Shown in pieces: positions 39,799 to 49,089 of a DNA stretch of 64,000 nucleotides. The stretch lies in the NCBI GenBank assembly GCA_016839805.1, contig JAEOTO010000032.1, forward strand, positions 32,001-96,000, in the 5' to 3' direction. The position numbers were made by a program, and so were the translations under genes. Source of the DNA: Candidatus Hermodarchaeota archaeon. GTDB lineage: Archaea > Asgardarchaeota > Hermodarchaeia > Hermodarchaeales > Hermodarchaeaceae. Positions within the stretch are counted from its first letter, which is position 1; every line of letters begins with the position of its first letter. A model generated the notes under the pieces. It saw nothing but the letters and a program-made list of their open reading frames with translations. It was not told the origin of the DNA and did no database searches.

Positions 39799-40233
39799 AT
39801 GAAGAAGTATTCTGGGTTTTTATCACGGCTTGAGCGTGAAATTGCCCAATTAAACGATCATATGCCCCAAACCAAGAAACCTCTTTCTCAACTTCTTAGC
39901 GAAGCTTCACCGGCATTCATTACACGAGATGGTAAACGGAGTGCAGTCAGACGAGAAGAATTAGAAAAGCTCGCTGAACTCATTCCCTCTGAACTGCATG
40001 ATCAAATTATGCTTCCTTTCACAATTTTGCGCAGAACATCGTTAGGACCAGGGGCCCATACAATCGGAGGATCAAAACTCGAGCAATTTACAATTCTTCG
40101 CATCTTAGAGAAAATAAAAACACCATATAAGATGTGGCGACAGGCAGAACTTCCCCGAATTATTTATTCACCCGAAGTGACTTTGTTAAGACAGAAATTG
40201 CAAACAACATTGACAATAGGATTTGGCACGTAG
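39799..40233 (+). CDS. DUF61 (UPF0216) family protein
   Basis: LNDHMP..KKPLSQLL..P.FITRDG pattern. Confidence 0.65.
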   Translation: MKKYSGFLSRLEREIAQLNDHMPQTKKPLSQLLSEASPAFITRDGKRSAVRREELEKLAELIPSELHDQIMLPFTILRRTSLGPGAHTIGGSKLEQFTILRILEKIKTPYKMWRQAELPRIIYSPEVTLLRQKLQTTLTIGFGT

Positions 40234-40234
40234 T

Positions 40235-41194
40235 ATGCAAACGAAACAGCAATACTTAGACGATGTTCATGATGTTATAGATTCCGCGACCAGAGTGCAC
40301 GCTACTAGCTTTGACCAAGAGTATTGCTTTGATAGTATCGTTGATGAAGGATCTGTACGGATTGCCATTAAGGTCAGCATGACCATTGATAATGTGGAAA
40401 CGACCATCCGAGATGAGTTAAAAAGGATTTGTTCATTTTTACGATGTACTCCCTTAATAGTAGGAGAAAAGACCCGAAAACGGCTCCTGCATGATGGGGT
40501 AGTCCATACCCGTGGTTCAATTCCAGCAATAACTCTTGAAACACTACGTCAACTATTAGAGGAGAAGAAACTGCCCTTCATTATTGCAAAAAAAGGCGGT
40601 ATCTACGCGATAGTGAACGGAGATAGATTAAAGGAGATTCGCGAAGCCCAGAACTATTCTCGAGGAAGTATTGCTGAAGAACTGGGACTATCACGGAGAG
40701 CCGTCTACGAATATGAGCGAGGTACCATGAATCCTACAATTGATGTAGCCTTACGCCTTGAGAAGTTACTTGGCACACAATTTATTCAGCCCTTTAATTT
40801 ATTAGAGGTGGATACAGTCAAAGAAGTTCCTAATTTCATTAGCCAGTACACTGGTAAAGAAACCAAACTAGCAAAAAGAGCCCTTGAAGTTTTATCTCGT
40901 CTAGGGTTGCAATCGACCATTACACATGACAGCCCTTTTGACATATTAACATCTCTTCGTCAACGTGTCTTGCTAAGTTATCTAAAACAACGTCCTGAAC
41001 AGCTTAATGAAGACCGGCTCTCATTTCTTGCGAAATTATCTGAGGTCTTGAATGAAGAACCGACAATTATTACCTCTGATCATCCATCTGTCGAATCAAT
41101 AAATGGTATTCCTGTTGTCTATCTAAAGGAACTATTAGCAATGGAAAAGCCCAAAGAATTTATCGCGCTAATTCGTAGCCGTCGAGGAGCTTGA
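40235..41194 (+). CDS. Cro/C1-type HTH transcriptional regulator (archaeal COG1395-like)
   Basis: PLIVGEK..LHDGVV..R, GGIY, SRRAVYEYERG. Confidence 0.8.
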   Translation: MQTKQQYLDDVHDVIDSATRVHATSFDQEYCFDSIVDEGSVRIAIKVSMTIDNVETTIRDELKRICSFLRCTPLIVGEKTRKRLLHDGVVHTRGSIPAITLETLRQLLEEKKLPFIIAKKGGIYAIVNGDRLKEIREAQNYSRGSIAEELGLSRRAVYEYERGTMNPTIDVALRLEKLLGTQFIQPFNLLEVDTVKEVPNFISQYTGKETKLAKRALEVLSRLGLQSTITHDSPFDILTSLRQRVLLSYLKQRPEQLNEDRLSFLAKLSEVLNEEPTIITSDHPSVESINGIPVVYLKELLAMEKPKEFIALIRSRRGA

Positions 41195-41195
41195 T

Positions 41196-42368
41196 GTGTA
41201 CGAAAAACATCAAGAAGGAAAAGTAACATTTCTTCGCCCACCATTACAAAAAGTTCCATCAACAAGTATGCCTGTGTTTTACAATCCGGAATCAGAATTA
41301 AACCGTGATCTAACTATACTCGCCCTGCAGGTATTTCTTAGTCAACACAAAAAAACAGATGTTAGGGTCTGTACGCCACTTGCAGGAACAGGAGTCCGTG
41401 CGATTCGCATAGCAAAGGAAGTTCCTGAGATCCAACAAGTTGTAGCAGGGGATGCGAATCCCATAGCGGTTGAACTTATCGACAAAAATCGTGTTCTGAA
41501 TGACGTATCTGATCTCGTAGAGGTACATCACAGTGGGGCCAACCAATTACTCACGCAACATACTTCATCTCAAAAACGCTTTGACGTTATAGATATTGAC
41601 CCTTTTGGGACTCCGCGCGATTTTTTTCATTCAGCAATAAGCTCCTTAAAACCTCATGCAATATTATGCCTCACCGCAACTGATATGCCAGTATTAGTGG
41701 GGATTCGCCGTCGTACTTGTATTAAACGATATGCAGCTGTCCCAATGAAAACTGAATACGCCCATGAACTTGCCCTACGCATTTTATTGGGTTGCATTGT
41801 TCGAGAAGCTGCAGCTCGGAACATAGGATTAACACCACTACTTTCTTTTTCAATTGACCATTATGTCCGTTTATACTGTGAAACAATGGAAGGAGATGAA
41901 AACGCATGGACTTCATTGTCCAAGTTGGGATTCATAGTCCACTGTGAGGAATGTGGATTTAGATCGATTAAACAAGGTCTAATACCATTTCATTCCCATT
42001 GCCCAAATTGTGAAAAACGCGTTAAGAAACAAGCAGGGCCATTATGGATTGATCAAATTGCTAGTAGGGGTTTCATTGAGAATCTAATCAAACAGATTCC
42101 CAATCATTCATTCGGCACAAAACGCCGAATATCATCGCTTTTAGACACTCTCCTTGGTGAGGTTGAAGGCCCTCCGACTTACTTCAATCTCCATCAATTG
42201 GCTGATAAATTAGATATCCCTGTTCCACCATTCCGTCTGGTTATTGATGAGCTTCATAAAAATGGTGAGTTCGCAAGCCGAACCCATTTTTCTCCACATG
42301 CCATTCGAACTACCACAGATGAAAAACAACTTTGTCAGATTCTGTTAAAACTCATTGAAGAAGTGTGA
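41196..42368 (+). CDS. trm1: tRNA (guanine(26)-N2)-dimethyltransferase
   Basis: PVFYNP, NRD, DIDPFG, TATD, GPLW. Confidence 0.93.
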   Translation: MYEKHQEGKVTFLRPPLQKVPSTSMPVFYNPESELNRDLTILALQVFLSQHKKTDVRVCTPLAGTGVRAIRIAKEVPEIQQVVAGDANPIAVELIDKNRVLNDVSDLVEVHHSGANQLLTQHTSSQKRFDVIDIDPFGTPRDFFHSAISSLKPHAILCLTATDMPVLVGIRRRTCIKRYAAVPMKTEYAHELALRILLGCIVREAAARNIGLTPLLSFSIDHYVRLYCETMEGDENAWTSLSKLGFIVHCEECGFRSIKQGLIPFHSHCPNCEKRVKKQAGPLWIDQIASRGFIENLIKQIPNHSFGTKRRISSLLDTLLGEVEGPPTYFNLHQLADKLDIPVPPFRLVIDELHKNGEFASRTHFSPHAIRTTTDEKQLCQILLKLIEEV

Positions 42369-42372
42369 AGAA

Positions 42373-42996
42373 ATGGCAAAATGGAAAAAGGACGAAGCAT
42401 ATCGCAAACGTGCACGAGAAGCAGGATATCGATCGCGAGCAGCCTTTAAATTATTAGAAATCGAAGAGCAGTTTTCAATCTTTAAACATGCTAAGCGAAT
42501 TGTAGATTTTTGTAGTGCCCCCGGTTCATGGCTACAGGTGATAAAGGAATGTTGTAAAATACCTGATTGTTCCATCGTTGGCATTGATATTAATTACATC
42601 AAACCGCTTTCAGGAGTTCATTTAATTCGAAGTTCCATCGATGATCCTAAGCTAAAATTCCAAATATTGGAACTACTTCAAAAACCTGCCAACTTGGTTC
42701 TCAGTGATTGCTCTCCAAAACTAACAGGTAGTAAGGCCGTTGACAAAGAACGCCAGCTTTGGCAGGCTAAAATGAGTTTACATCTTGCTTTACAACTTCT
42801 AGAAAAGGATGGGCACTTCGTAACTAAAATATTTCAATCAGGTGAGTTTCGAGACTTCATCACCCACGTTAAGCAATATTTTAATGTTGTAAAAACCTTC
42901 AAGCCAAACTCATCATTTCAACGAAGTCCAGAAATGTACGTAATTGCAAAATACTTTCAGGGCGTAGTAAATCTAATTAATCAAGACGCTCTTTAA
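42373..42996 (+). CDS. rlmE: 23S rRNA Um2552 methyltransferase (RlmE/FtsJ)
   Basis: GYRSRAAFKL, APGSWLQ, SDCSP, S.EMY. Confidence 0.92.
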   Translation: MAKWKKDEAYRKRAREAGYRSRAAFKLLEIEEQFSIFKHAKRIVDFCSAPGSWLQVIKECCKIPDCSIVGIDINYIKPLSGVHLIRSSIDDPKLKFQILELLQKPANLVLSDCSPKLTGSKAVDKERQLWQAKMSLHLALQLLEKDGHFVTKIFQSGEFRDFITHVKQYFNVVKTFKPNSSFQRSPEMYVIAKYFQGVVNLINQDAL

Positions 42997-43306
42997 TCCA
43001 ATTATTTAATTTATCACATACCCAAGGACTTGTAGGTTGACCAGCACCACACTGATCAATATCAGGACATACAAAACAAGGACAGCCTTGAAGCGTATCC
43101 CATTCAGAGACTTCTTGCCAAATTACACGAATCACTGATTTTCCATCGTGATTCTCTTCAATTTTTTTCACTTTTCCATTTTGACTTAATGATTCGATAA
43201 TTTTGAGAACGGATTTTTCAGTTTGATCCATTTGCTGAGCTAACTCGGCAAGAAGTATGCCCTGCTTCCCTGCTCCTCGAAGGAGTTCGATGGTACTAGA
43301 TTCCAT
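42977..43306 (-). CDS. RNA polymerase III RPC34-like / TFE-beta-type protein (wHTH plus Fe-S cluster domain)
   Basis: wHTH followed by CPCFVC..IDQC......P..C.KLNNW; next to tfb. Confidence 0.75.
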   Translation of the reverse strand: MESSTIELLRGAGKQGILLAELAQQMDQTEKSVLKIIESLSQNGKVKKIEENHDGKSVIRVIWQEVSEWDTLQGCPCFVCPDIDQCGAGQPTSPWVCDKLNNWIKERLD

Positions 43307-43407
43307 GGCATCACTAAAAAAGCGGTTTCGCGAGATAAAAAGTCTTTCAAGCAGCAATGAAAAAAGAAGGGAGAAAGGGCGACACAAATCGCCCTCTAAA
43401 TTTCCCG

Positions 43408-44337
43408 TTAGAGTGGAACTTCGAGATCAAGTTTTTCAACTAATTCTTTGTATCGGTTACGAACTGTAACTTCGGTGACTCGTGCTACAGCAGCTACTTC
43501 TCTTTGTGTTCTGCGAGAGTTTGCTAGCACGCTAGCAACATAGATTGCCGCAGCAGCCACCCCCGTTGGTCCACGTCCGCTTGTTAGACCTTTGTTAGCA
43601 GCCATTTTGAGAATTGAAATTGCCTGGACTTGGACTTCACCAAGTAATTTCAGTTCACTAATGAACCGCGGTACATAGTCAATGGGAGAGGTTGGTGGAA
43701 TTGAGAGTCGAAGTTCTCTAGCAATAAATCGGTAACTTCGACCAATCTCTTTCTTACCAACTCGTGAGACTTCAGCAACTTCGTCTAAGGTTCGAGGAAT
43801 TCTTGATTGACGACAAGCTGCATAAAGAGCTGCAGCAGCAACACCCTCAATTGAACGGCCACGAATTAATCGTTGTTCAACTGCTCTACGATAAAGCATT
43901 GCAGCGATTTCTCGAACATTTCGTGGTAGGCCTAGACTAGAAGCCATACGATCGAGTTCTGAGAGAGCGTATGCCAGATTACGTTCTGTTGCGTCAGATA
44001 CCCGGATTCGACGTTGCCATTTTCGTAACCTATAGATTTGAGCTCGCCGTTTGGGAGCCAGATCTTTACCATAGCTATCACGATTCCGCCAGTCAATCAT
44101 AGTAGAAAGACCTTTGTCGTGAATAGTAAAGGTAAGCGGAGCCCCAACACGTGCACGTTTGTCACGTTGTTCTTGATCAAAGGCCCGCCACTCTGGGCCT
44201 TCATCGATTATTCGATCAGTGAGTACGAGTCCGCAGTTCATGCAGATAATTTCAGCTCTCGAATAGTCCTTCACTAAACGGGTAGTACCACAGTCAGGAC
44301 AGTGAGCGAGTGCAGTTGCACTTACTTCTTTCGTCGT
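43408..44337 (-). CDS. tfb: Transcription initiation factor IIB; non-canonical start inferred
   Basis: Zinc ribbon CPDC...CMNCG, GPEWRAF, two cyclin folds. The first CxxC lies upstream of the first GTG. Confidence 0.93.
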   Translation of the reverse strand, partial: TTKEVSATALAHCPDCGTTRLVKDYSRAEIICMNCGLVLTDRIIDEGPEWRAFDQEQRDKRARVGAPLTFTIHDKGLSTMIDWRNRDSYGKDLAPKRRAQIYRLRKWQRRIRVSDATERNLAYALSELDRMASSLGLPRNVREIAAMLYRRAVEQRLIRGRSIEGVAAAALYAACRQSRIPRTLDEVAEVSRVGKKEIGRSYRFIARELRLSIPPTSPIDYVPRFISELKLLGEVQVQAISILKMAANKGLTSGRGPTGVAAAAIYVASVLANSRRTQREVAAVARVTEVTVRNRYKELVEKLDLEVPL

Positions 44338-44591
44338 TTCCCTACGCCTCCTTTGGGAACCTTCTTCATAAAGAGAGTTGTCCCAGGAGGTACTATAGTG
44401 TCGGTAATTTTGGTTTCAGGTTTCACAGCAGCAAACGGTTGAATAGTTGGCCCAAAGATATCAATAACTCTTCCAACAAGTATTGATTTAGAAGAGAAAA
44501 CGCGTGTTCCTAGTTGTGTCGCTTGATTTAGACGCGCAATGATGTGTCCTTGCGCGGAAAAATGTAAAACGTGACCAATTCCTTGCAGCAG
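44322..44591 (-). CDS. gar1: H/ACA RNP component Gar1, probable CTG start; missing from the ORF track
   Basis: LQGIGHVLH...[20 protein letters not shown]; conserved gar1-tfb gene order. Confidence 0.85.
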   Translation of the reverse strand: MLQGIGHVLHFSAQGHIIARLNQATQLGTRVFSSKSILVGRVIDIFGPTIQPFAAVKPETKITDTIVPPGTTLFMKKVPKGGVGKRRKK

Positions 44592-44785
44592 ATCGACTCC
44601 TGGGAAGGCTGGAAATGGGTCGTGGGAGGGAATTAGAAGGTGAGAAACAGACCGTCACTTAAAAACGTTTTCCTGCTTTTCTGCACCGAAAAGTTGTCGT
44701 ATGTAACCTCTTCACGAAGATACGCCTTAACTGGTCTTGATTTGGGATTTTTCTCACTTCTTAGCTAAAATTTCATGTTAAGAGC

Positions 44786-45103
44786 CTACTTCACGCCAGC
44801 AGCTTTCAGTGTTTTCATTACTTTCGCTAATTCTTTGAGGAGTTGTGTTTTTGACATATCGGGCTGTTTTTTGATAAGGACAACGCCAGCAGTAGTCCAC
44901 CAGCTTGATGGGTATCTCACATGGGATTCAACCTTATATTCCAGGCTTAGACGTTGAGCGGCTTTTGCGATTATTCCTGTGTTGACAGTTGGGAGTGCTA
45001 ATTTTTTTGGAACTCGGCGTCCTGATTGGCGAGTTCGATTTGCTTCGAAGTATGCGGGATAAATGTAGTAGTTGCCTGACTTACGCATTCTCAATCGCTT
45101 CAC
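44786..45103 (-). CDS. srp19: Signal recognition particle protein SRP19
   Basis: IYPAYFE..RTR..GRRVPK, RYPSSWW. Confidence 0.92.
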   Translation of the reverse strand: MKRLRMRKSGNYYIYPAYFEANRTRQSGRRVPKKLALPTVNTGIIAKAAQRLSLEYKVESHVRYPSSWWTTAGVVLIKKQPDMSKTQLLKELAKVMKTLKAAGVK

Positions 45104-45187
45104 TAAAAATAATTAGACCACAAAAAGGTTTGCGTAGTTAGGAAGGTAGCAAGTTTGAAAAAGGCTTATAGAGGCTGTTAAAGTGTC

Positions 45188-45568
45188 ATGCATGAATTTT
45201 CAACGGCTGTTAGCATCATTGAAGCTGTTAAACGAGCTGCAAAAGATTACGGAGCAACCAGGGTAACTGGTATAACTATCCAAATCGGGAAGTTATCAAT
45301 GTTGAACCATGATCAGTTACTATTTGGTTTAGAAATCGCAGCTAAGGATTCTGTTGCAGAAGGAGCGAAGATTACTATCGAGCCATTATCAATTAAAATC
45401 AGGTGTAACCAATGTGCAACTGAGTCGGTTGTGAGCCAGGAAGGAGCCCTTTATGAAGTGCTTTCCTCATTAACATGTCCGAAATGTAATGCGAGAGACA
45501 TCAATGTCATTCAAGGTCGAGAATGTGTAGTCAAAGACATCCAAGCGGTAATTGGTGACGAAAGTTAA
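45188..45568 (+). CDS. hypA: Hydrogenase nickel chaperone HypA
   Basis: MHE start, two CxxC motifs, QGRE. Confidence 0.95.
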   Translation: MHEFSTAVSIIEAVKRAAKDYGATRVTGITIQIGKLSMLNHDQLLFGLEIAAKDSVAEGAKITIEPLSIKIRCNQCATESVVSQEGALYEVLSSLTCPKCNARDINVIQGRECVVKDIQAVIGDES

Positions 45569-45575
45569 GTTGTTT

Positions 45576-45956
45576 CTATTCAACTTTTACAGCATTAATC
45601 ACGCCACTCTGTCCAGGTCGACTCGTCACCACAGCCTTACCTTTCTCTGTCTCAATAATGGCGCCTTTAGTGATAATACCACGGCGATTAAAATCAACAT
45701 CAGCAGGGTTTTCGAGTATTTGAATAATTTTTACTTTTTCAGATTGTCCTGTTGCCCTATCAGTGACATTAACAAAAGAAGCAGCGAGTAAGCGAGATTT
45801 GAAATTTCCTCCCAATGACCGTTTAATACGGAGTTTCTTTTCACCCATGATAGTTTCGGTAGCTTGGCTACCCCTTTCGTATTTTCGATGTTTACGTGAA
45901 TTGCGGCGACGAGCACCACTGGGATACCGTTTTGATCTACCTTGCCATAGCGGCAT
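45576..45956 (-). CDS. rps8e: 30S ribosomal protein S8e
   Basis: WQGRSKR.PSG, RRGIITKGAIIET, TSRPGQSG. Confidence 0.96.
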   Translation of the reverse strand: MPLWQGRSKRYPSGARRRNSRKHRKYERGSQATETIMGEKKLRIKRSLGGNFKSRLLAASFVNVTDRATGQSEKVKIIQILENPADVDFNRRGIITKGAIIETEKGKAVVTSRPGQSGVINAVKVE

Positions 45957-46076
45957 ATTCTTAACCTCGGTTTGAGACGAGACTCCGTCAATGAGCTATA
46001 AAGATTTCGCCATATCCGATAATGGCAAACACTTTAGGTACATCAGATTTGAGACACCTTAAGAGTAAACTAGGTT

Positions 46077-47117
46077 GTGATACCAGTGAACCCTGATAAG
46101 ACCCTTGTTGAGTTAGCCCATGGAGCTGGTGGTCGTGCGATGAACCAGTTCCTTAGAGAAATTATTTTTCCACATTTTTCGCTTAACCGATTCAAGCAGG
46201 GAATTGGATTACCTGAAGCAGATGATGGAGCAACAATGCCGTTTGACGGAAGTGAGATGGTAATTTCTACGGATAGCCATACGGTTTCTCCATTATTTTT
46301 CCCTGGTGGCGATATTGGCAAGCTTGCCGCGGCAGGAACGATTAATGATATAACCATGATGGGAGCCCGACCCTTGGTCATGACAAGTGCCTTAGTGATT
46401 GAGGAAGGATTTCCTATTAGTGACCTAGAGAAAATTCTTGCATCATTAGCTGATACTGCGGCAGAGGATCAAGTTGCTGTGATCGCTGGCGATACTAAGG
46501 TAATGCCTAGGGGAGGGTTGGACCAATTAATTATGTGCACAACAGGAATCGGTCTAGCAGAGAAGGGAAAGGTTATCGTTGATAGCGGTGCACAAATCGG
46601 TGATAAAATCATTATGACTGGAACTATAGGTGATCACGGAATCGCTCTCTTAGCTAATCGTGAGGGGCTTTCTTTTGAAACCGATTTGGTTTCTGATGTT
46701 GCACCCCTGTGGTCCTTAGTCCAACCTGCTCTAAAAATTGGAGGAATTCATGCCATGAAAGATCCAACACGGGGCGGTCTTGCAGCAGCTTTGAATGATA
46801 TTGCCAAAAAATCAGGAGTAGGAATTTGGATTAATGAGAACAATTTACCATTTCAGAGAGAAGTATTAGCCGCAAGTCAGATGCTTGGTCTTGACCCATT
46901 ACAGGTCACTTGTGAGGGGAAGGCATTGATTAGTGTAGCAAAGGAAAAAGCTGATGCGGTATTACACGCAATTCGAAAGACAAAGTATGGCAAATCAGCA
47001 CAAGTTATCGGAGAAGTGAAAAAAGAGCAGCAAGGGCTTGTGATCATGAAAACTGAAGTGGGTGGTTCACGTGTTATTCAACATCCTTGGGCAGAGGCCA
47101 TTCCACGTGTTTGTTAA
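46077..47117 (+). CDS. hypE: Hydrogenase maturation protein HypE
   Basis: HGAGG, FFPGGDIGKLA, DPTRGG, C-terminal PRVC. Confidence 0.96.
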   Translation: MIPVNPDKTLVELAHGAGGRAMNQFLREIIFPHFSLNRFKQGIGLPEADDGATMPFDGSEMVISTDSHTVSPLFFPGGDIGKLAAAGTINDITMMGARPLVMTSALVIEEGFPISDLEKILASLADTAAEDQVAVIAGDTKVMPRGGLDQLIMCTTGIGLAEKGKVIVDSGAQIGDKIIMTGTIGDHGIALLANREGLSFETDLVSDVAPLWSLVQPALKIGGIHAMKDPTRGGLAAALNDIAKKSGVGIWINENNLPFQREVLAASQMLGLDPLQVTCEGKALISVAKEKADAVLHAIRKTKYGKSAQVIGEVKKEQQGLVIMKTEVGGSRVIQHPWAEAIPRVC

Positions 47118-47141
47118 TTTTACGGAGTTTTGGGCTCATTA

Positions 47142-47615
47142 TTATAGAATTTGTACGAAGGTTTCTCCGAAAATTTGATCAATTTGCTCACTTAAATCTG
47201 GGGCACATATTGCAGCGGGTTGTGGTTTGTCAAGCTTGCCACTATATTTGGTTAAAAATAATTGCGTAATACGTTTAGCAACTTTTTCAATCATGATTGG
47301 ATTGAAGTTTTTTTCACTACAAATAACAAGTAACCCATGATGTAACGGATGAAATGTATATTGACAAGGCTCTGTTGTAACAGTCTCTATTTGACCATCA
47401 GTCACTTCTTTTGCGAAGAGTGATAGGGCAATAAAAAATCCGCCAAGTATCGCTGGATCGGGTTGATCATTATCTTTCTTGAAAATCCGATAGAAAAAGG
47501 GACAACCGGACTCTCGAAGAATGAATAGTGAATAGATCCCATTTAGCAGGACGTTTTCGGATGTTTCCCTTTCAGAAGTAGAATGTAAGAGGGATGGTCG
47601 GGTGAATCGTGCCAC
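47142..47615 (-). CDS. Longin/roadblock-fold protein (Asgard type)
   Basis: IYSLFIL..SG.PFFYR...ILGGFFIALSLFAKE pattern. Confidence 0.6.
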   Translation of the reverse strand: MARFTRPSLLHSTSERETSENVLLNGIYSLFILRESGCPFFYRIFKKDNDQPDPAILGGFFIALSLFAKEVTDGQIETVTTEPCQYTFHPLHHGLLVICSEKNFNPIMIEKVAKRITQLFLTKYSGKLDKPQPAAICAPDLSEQIDQIFGETFVQIL

Positions 47616-47725
47616 ACTAGGAGCCTCGTTTCTTTTTAACTCTCATTTGATTGATAGAACCAGATATAAACTCGTAGAGTGAGAGAAGAAAAACTTCAGC
47701 ATGTAAGCAGTTGTATTAATTTCAT

Positions 47726-48277
47726 TTACAGATTCTTAGAAGCAGCGGCTAATTCTGATTGCTCAATTCGGATTTGCCGAACCATTCTCTTTAATTGCCC
47801 TTTGAGTTTGTCGATATCATAATCGAATCCAAAATAATCTGCGAACATTTCAGTTGTAGAGAGTTCCTTTGTACGTCCAAACGGGATAGCCTCGATAAAC
47901 CCATGTGCTTCTAAGTTTTTTATGTGCTTGTAGCTATGAGATCCACGGTACAAGACCACATTTGATTGAAGAATGGGCTGTGAAAGAGCGATATATATGA
48001 GAGTTTTTAGTTCTCCTAAAGCGAGAAGCCCCTGCGGAGCCAGTTCTCCAACTTGTTCACTTAATTGAGGATCTAATTGCAGTACGAAACGTTGGCGAGG
48101 AAGACGTACAATTTCAAGAGCCCCTGATCGCCCTGAATAGTCTTCGATAAGCCGTTGTACAACATCGCGTACTTTTTTTAATGTGGGAATTTGTGTGACT
48201 TTCTGGATATCATGAATTGTGAGAGGGCGTCCCGAGATATAGAGTGCAGCTTCAACCAAACGTGTTTCCTTATCCAC
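47726..48277 (-). CDS. scpB: SMC-Scp complex subunit ScpB
   Basis: LVEAALYISGRPL, LKTLIYIALSQPI, TTEMFADYFG. Confidence 0.92.
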   Translation of the reverse strand: MDKETRLVEAALYISGRPLTIHDIQKVTQIPTLKKVRDVVQRLIEDYSGRSGALEIVRLPRQRFVLQLDPQLSEQVGELAPQGLLALGELKTLIYIALSQPILQSNVVLYRGSHSYKHIKNLEAHGFIEAIPFGRTKELSTTEMFADYFGFDYDIDKLKGQLKRMVRQIRIEQSELAAASKNL

Positions 48278-48959
48278 CCACCATGCCCTCCTCGTTGGTG
48301 GGCTTTTGAACCCAAATCATTATGTCTCCATATTGCTGATCTTGGGTGATACGTACCTTTCCTTCGCTCATCAGATATAACAGGCTTAGAAATACGCGAA
48401 TTATTTTAATAATTGGCATTCTTCGAACATAATCAAAAAATGAGATAGGAGTGCCATCATGAGCAGTATCACATAATTGGGCGTATAGTTGTTTCATTGA
48501 CTTAGTTAGTTCAACATGCGTGATATCTAGTTGTGGAATTAGTGAAGGAATGATAGCGCTTTTTTTGCGCTTTCGTAAATACCTCTTTGGTGGATAAATC
48601 AACTCACGGAGGGCTTCAACGAATTCGGCTGAGGATGTAGGTCGAATTCGTTGCCGAAAGGGAGGACGTATTGGTGGGAGGAATATATCTTCCTCGATTA
48701 CCCGGATGATTTCTTCTTCCTCTCTGCCAAATTCGAGTAAATACTCAGTTTTCAAACGGAGAAGGATAGCAGCGGAAAGAAGCGCACGTCCACAAATACG
48801 AAAATCAATGTATTCCTCAGTAAGCAAACGTCCAATAAATCCATTGACAAGCTCAGCTAAGTCGAGTTCCCAGGGACTTATCCTCTGTAATTCGAGGATA
48901 TCAGTAAGGACTCTCCATGGTTGATGGAACCAAAATGGCTCTGAGCTACTTTCTGTCAC
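48270..48959 (-). CDS. scpA: Kleisin ScpA
   Basis: PWELDL, ALLSAAILLRLK, FLSLLYL....V...Q..YGDI. Confidence 0.9.
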   Translation of the reverse strand: MTESSSEPFWFHQPWRVLTDILELQRISPWELDLAELVNGFIGRLLTEEYIDFRICGRALLSAAILLRLKTEYLLEFGREEEEIIRVIEEDIFLPPIRPPFRQRIRPTSSAEFVEALRELIYPPKRYLRKRKKSAIIPSLIPQLDITHVELTKSMKQLYAQLCDTAHDGTPISFFDYVRRMPIIKIIRVFLSLLYLMSEGKVRITQDQQYGDIMIWVQKPTNEEGMVGG

Positions 48960-49089
48960 CAGTGACTCTTCTCCGACGAATAAATCGAGGTTTCAGTTTA
49001 GGGTTATGTGGGGATTGCATACCTAATAAAATGATGTATTATCAACTCTAGAAGATAACCTGCTTGGGTTCTTCATGAATTTCTGTGAT

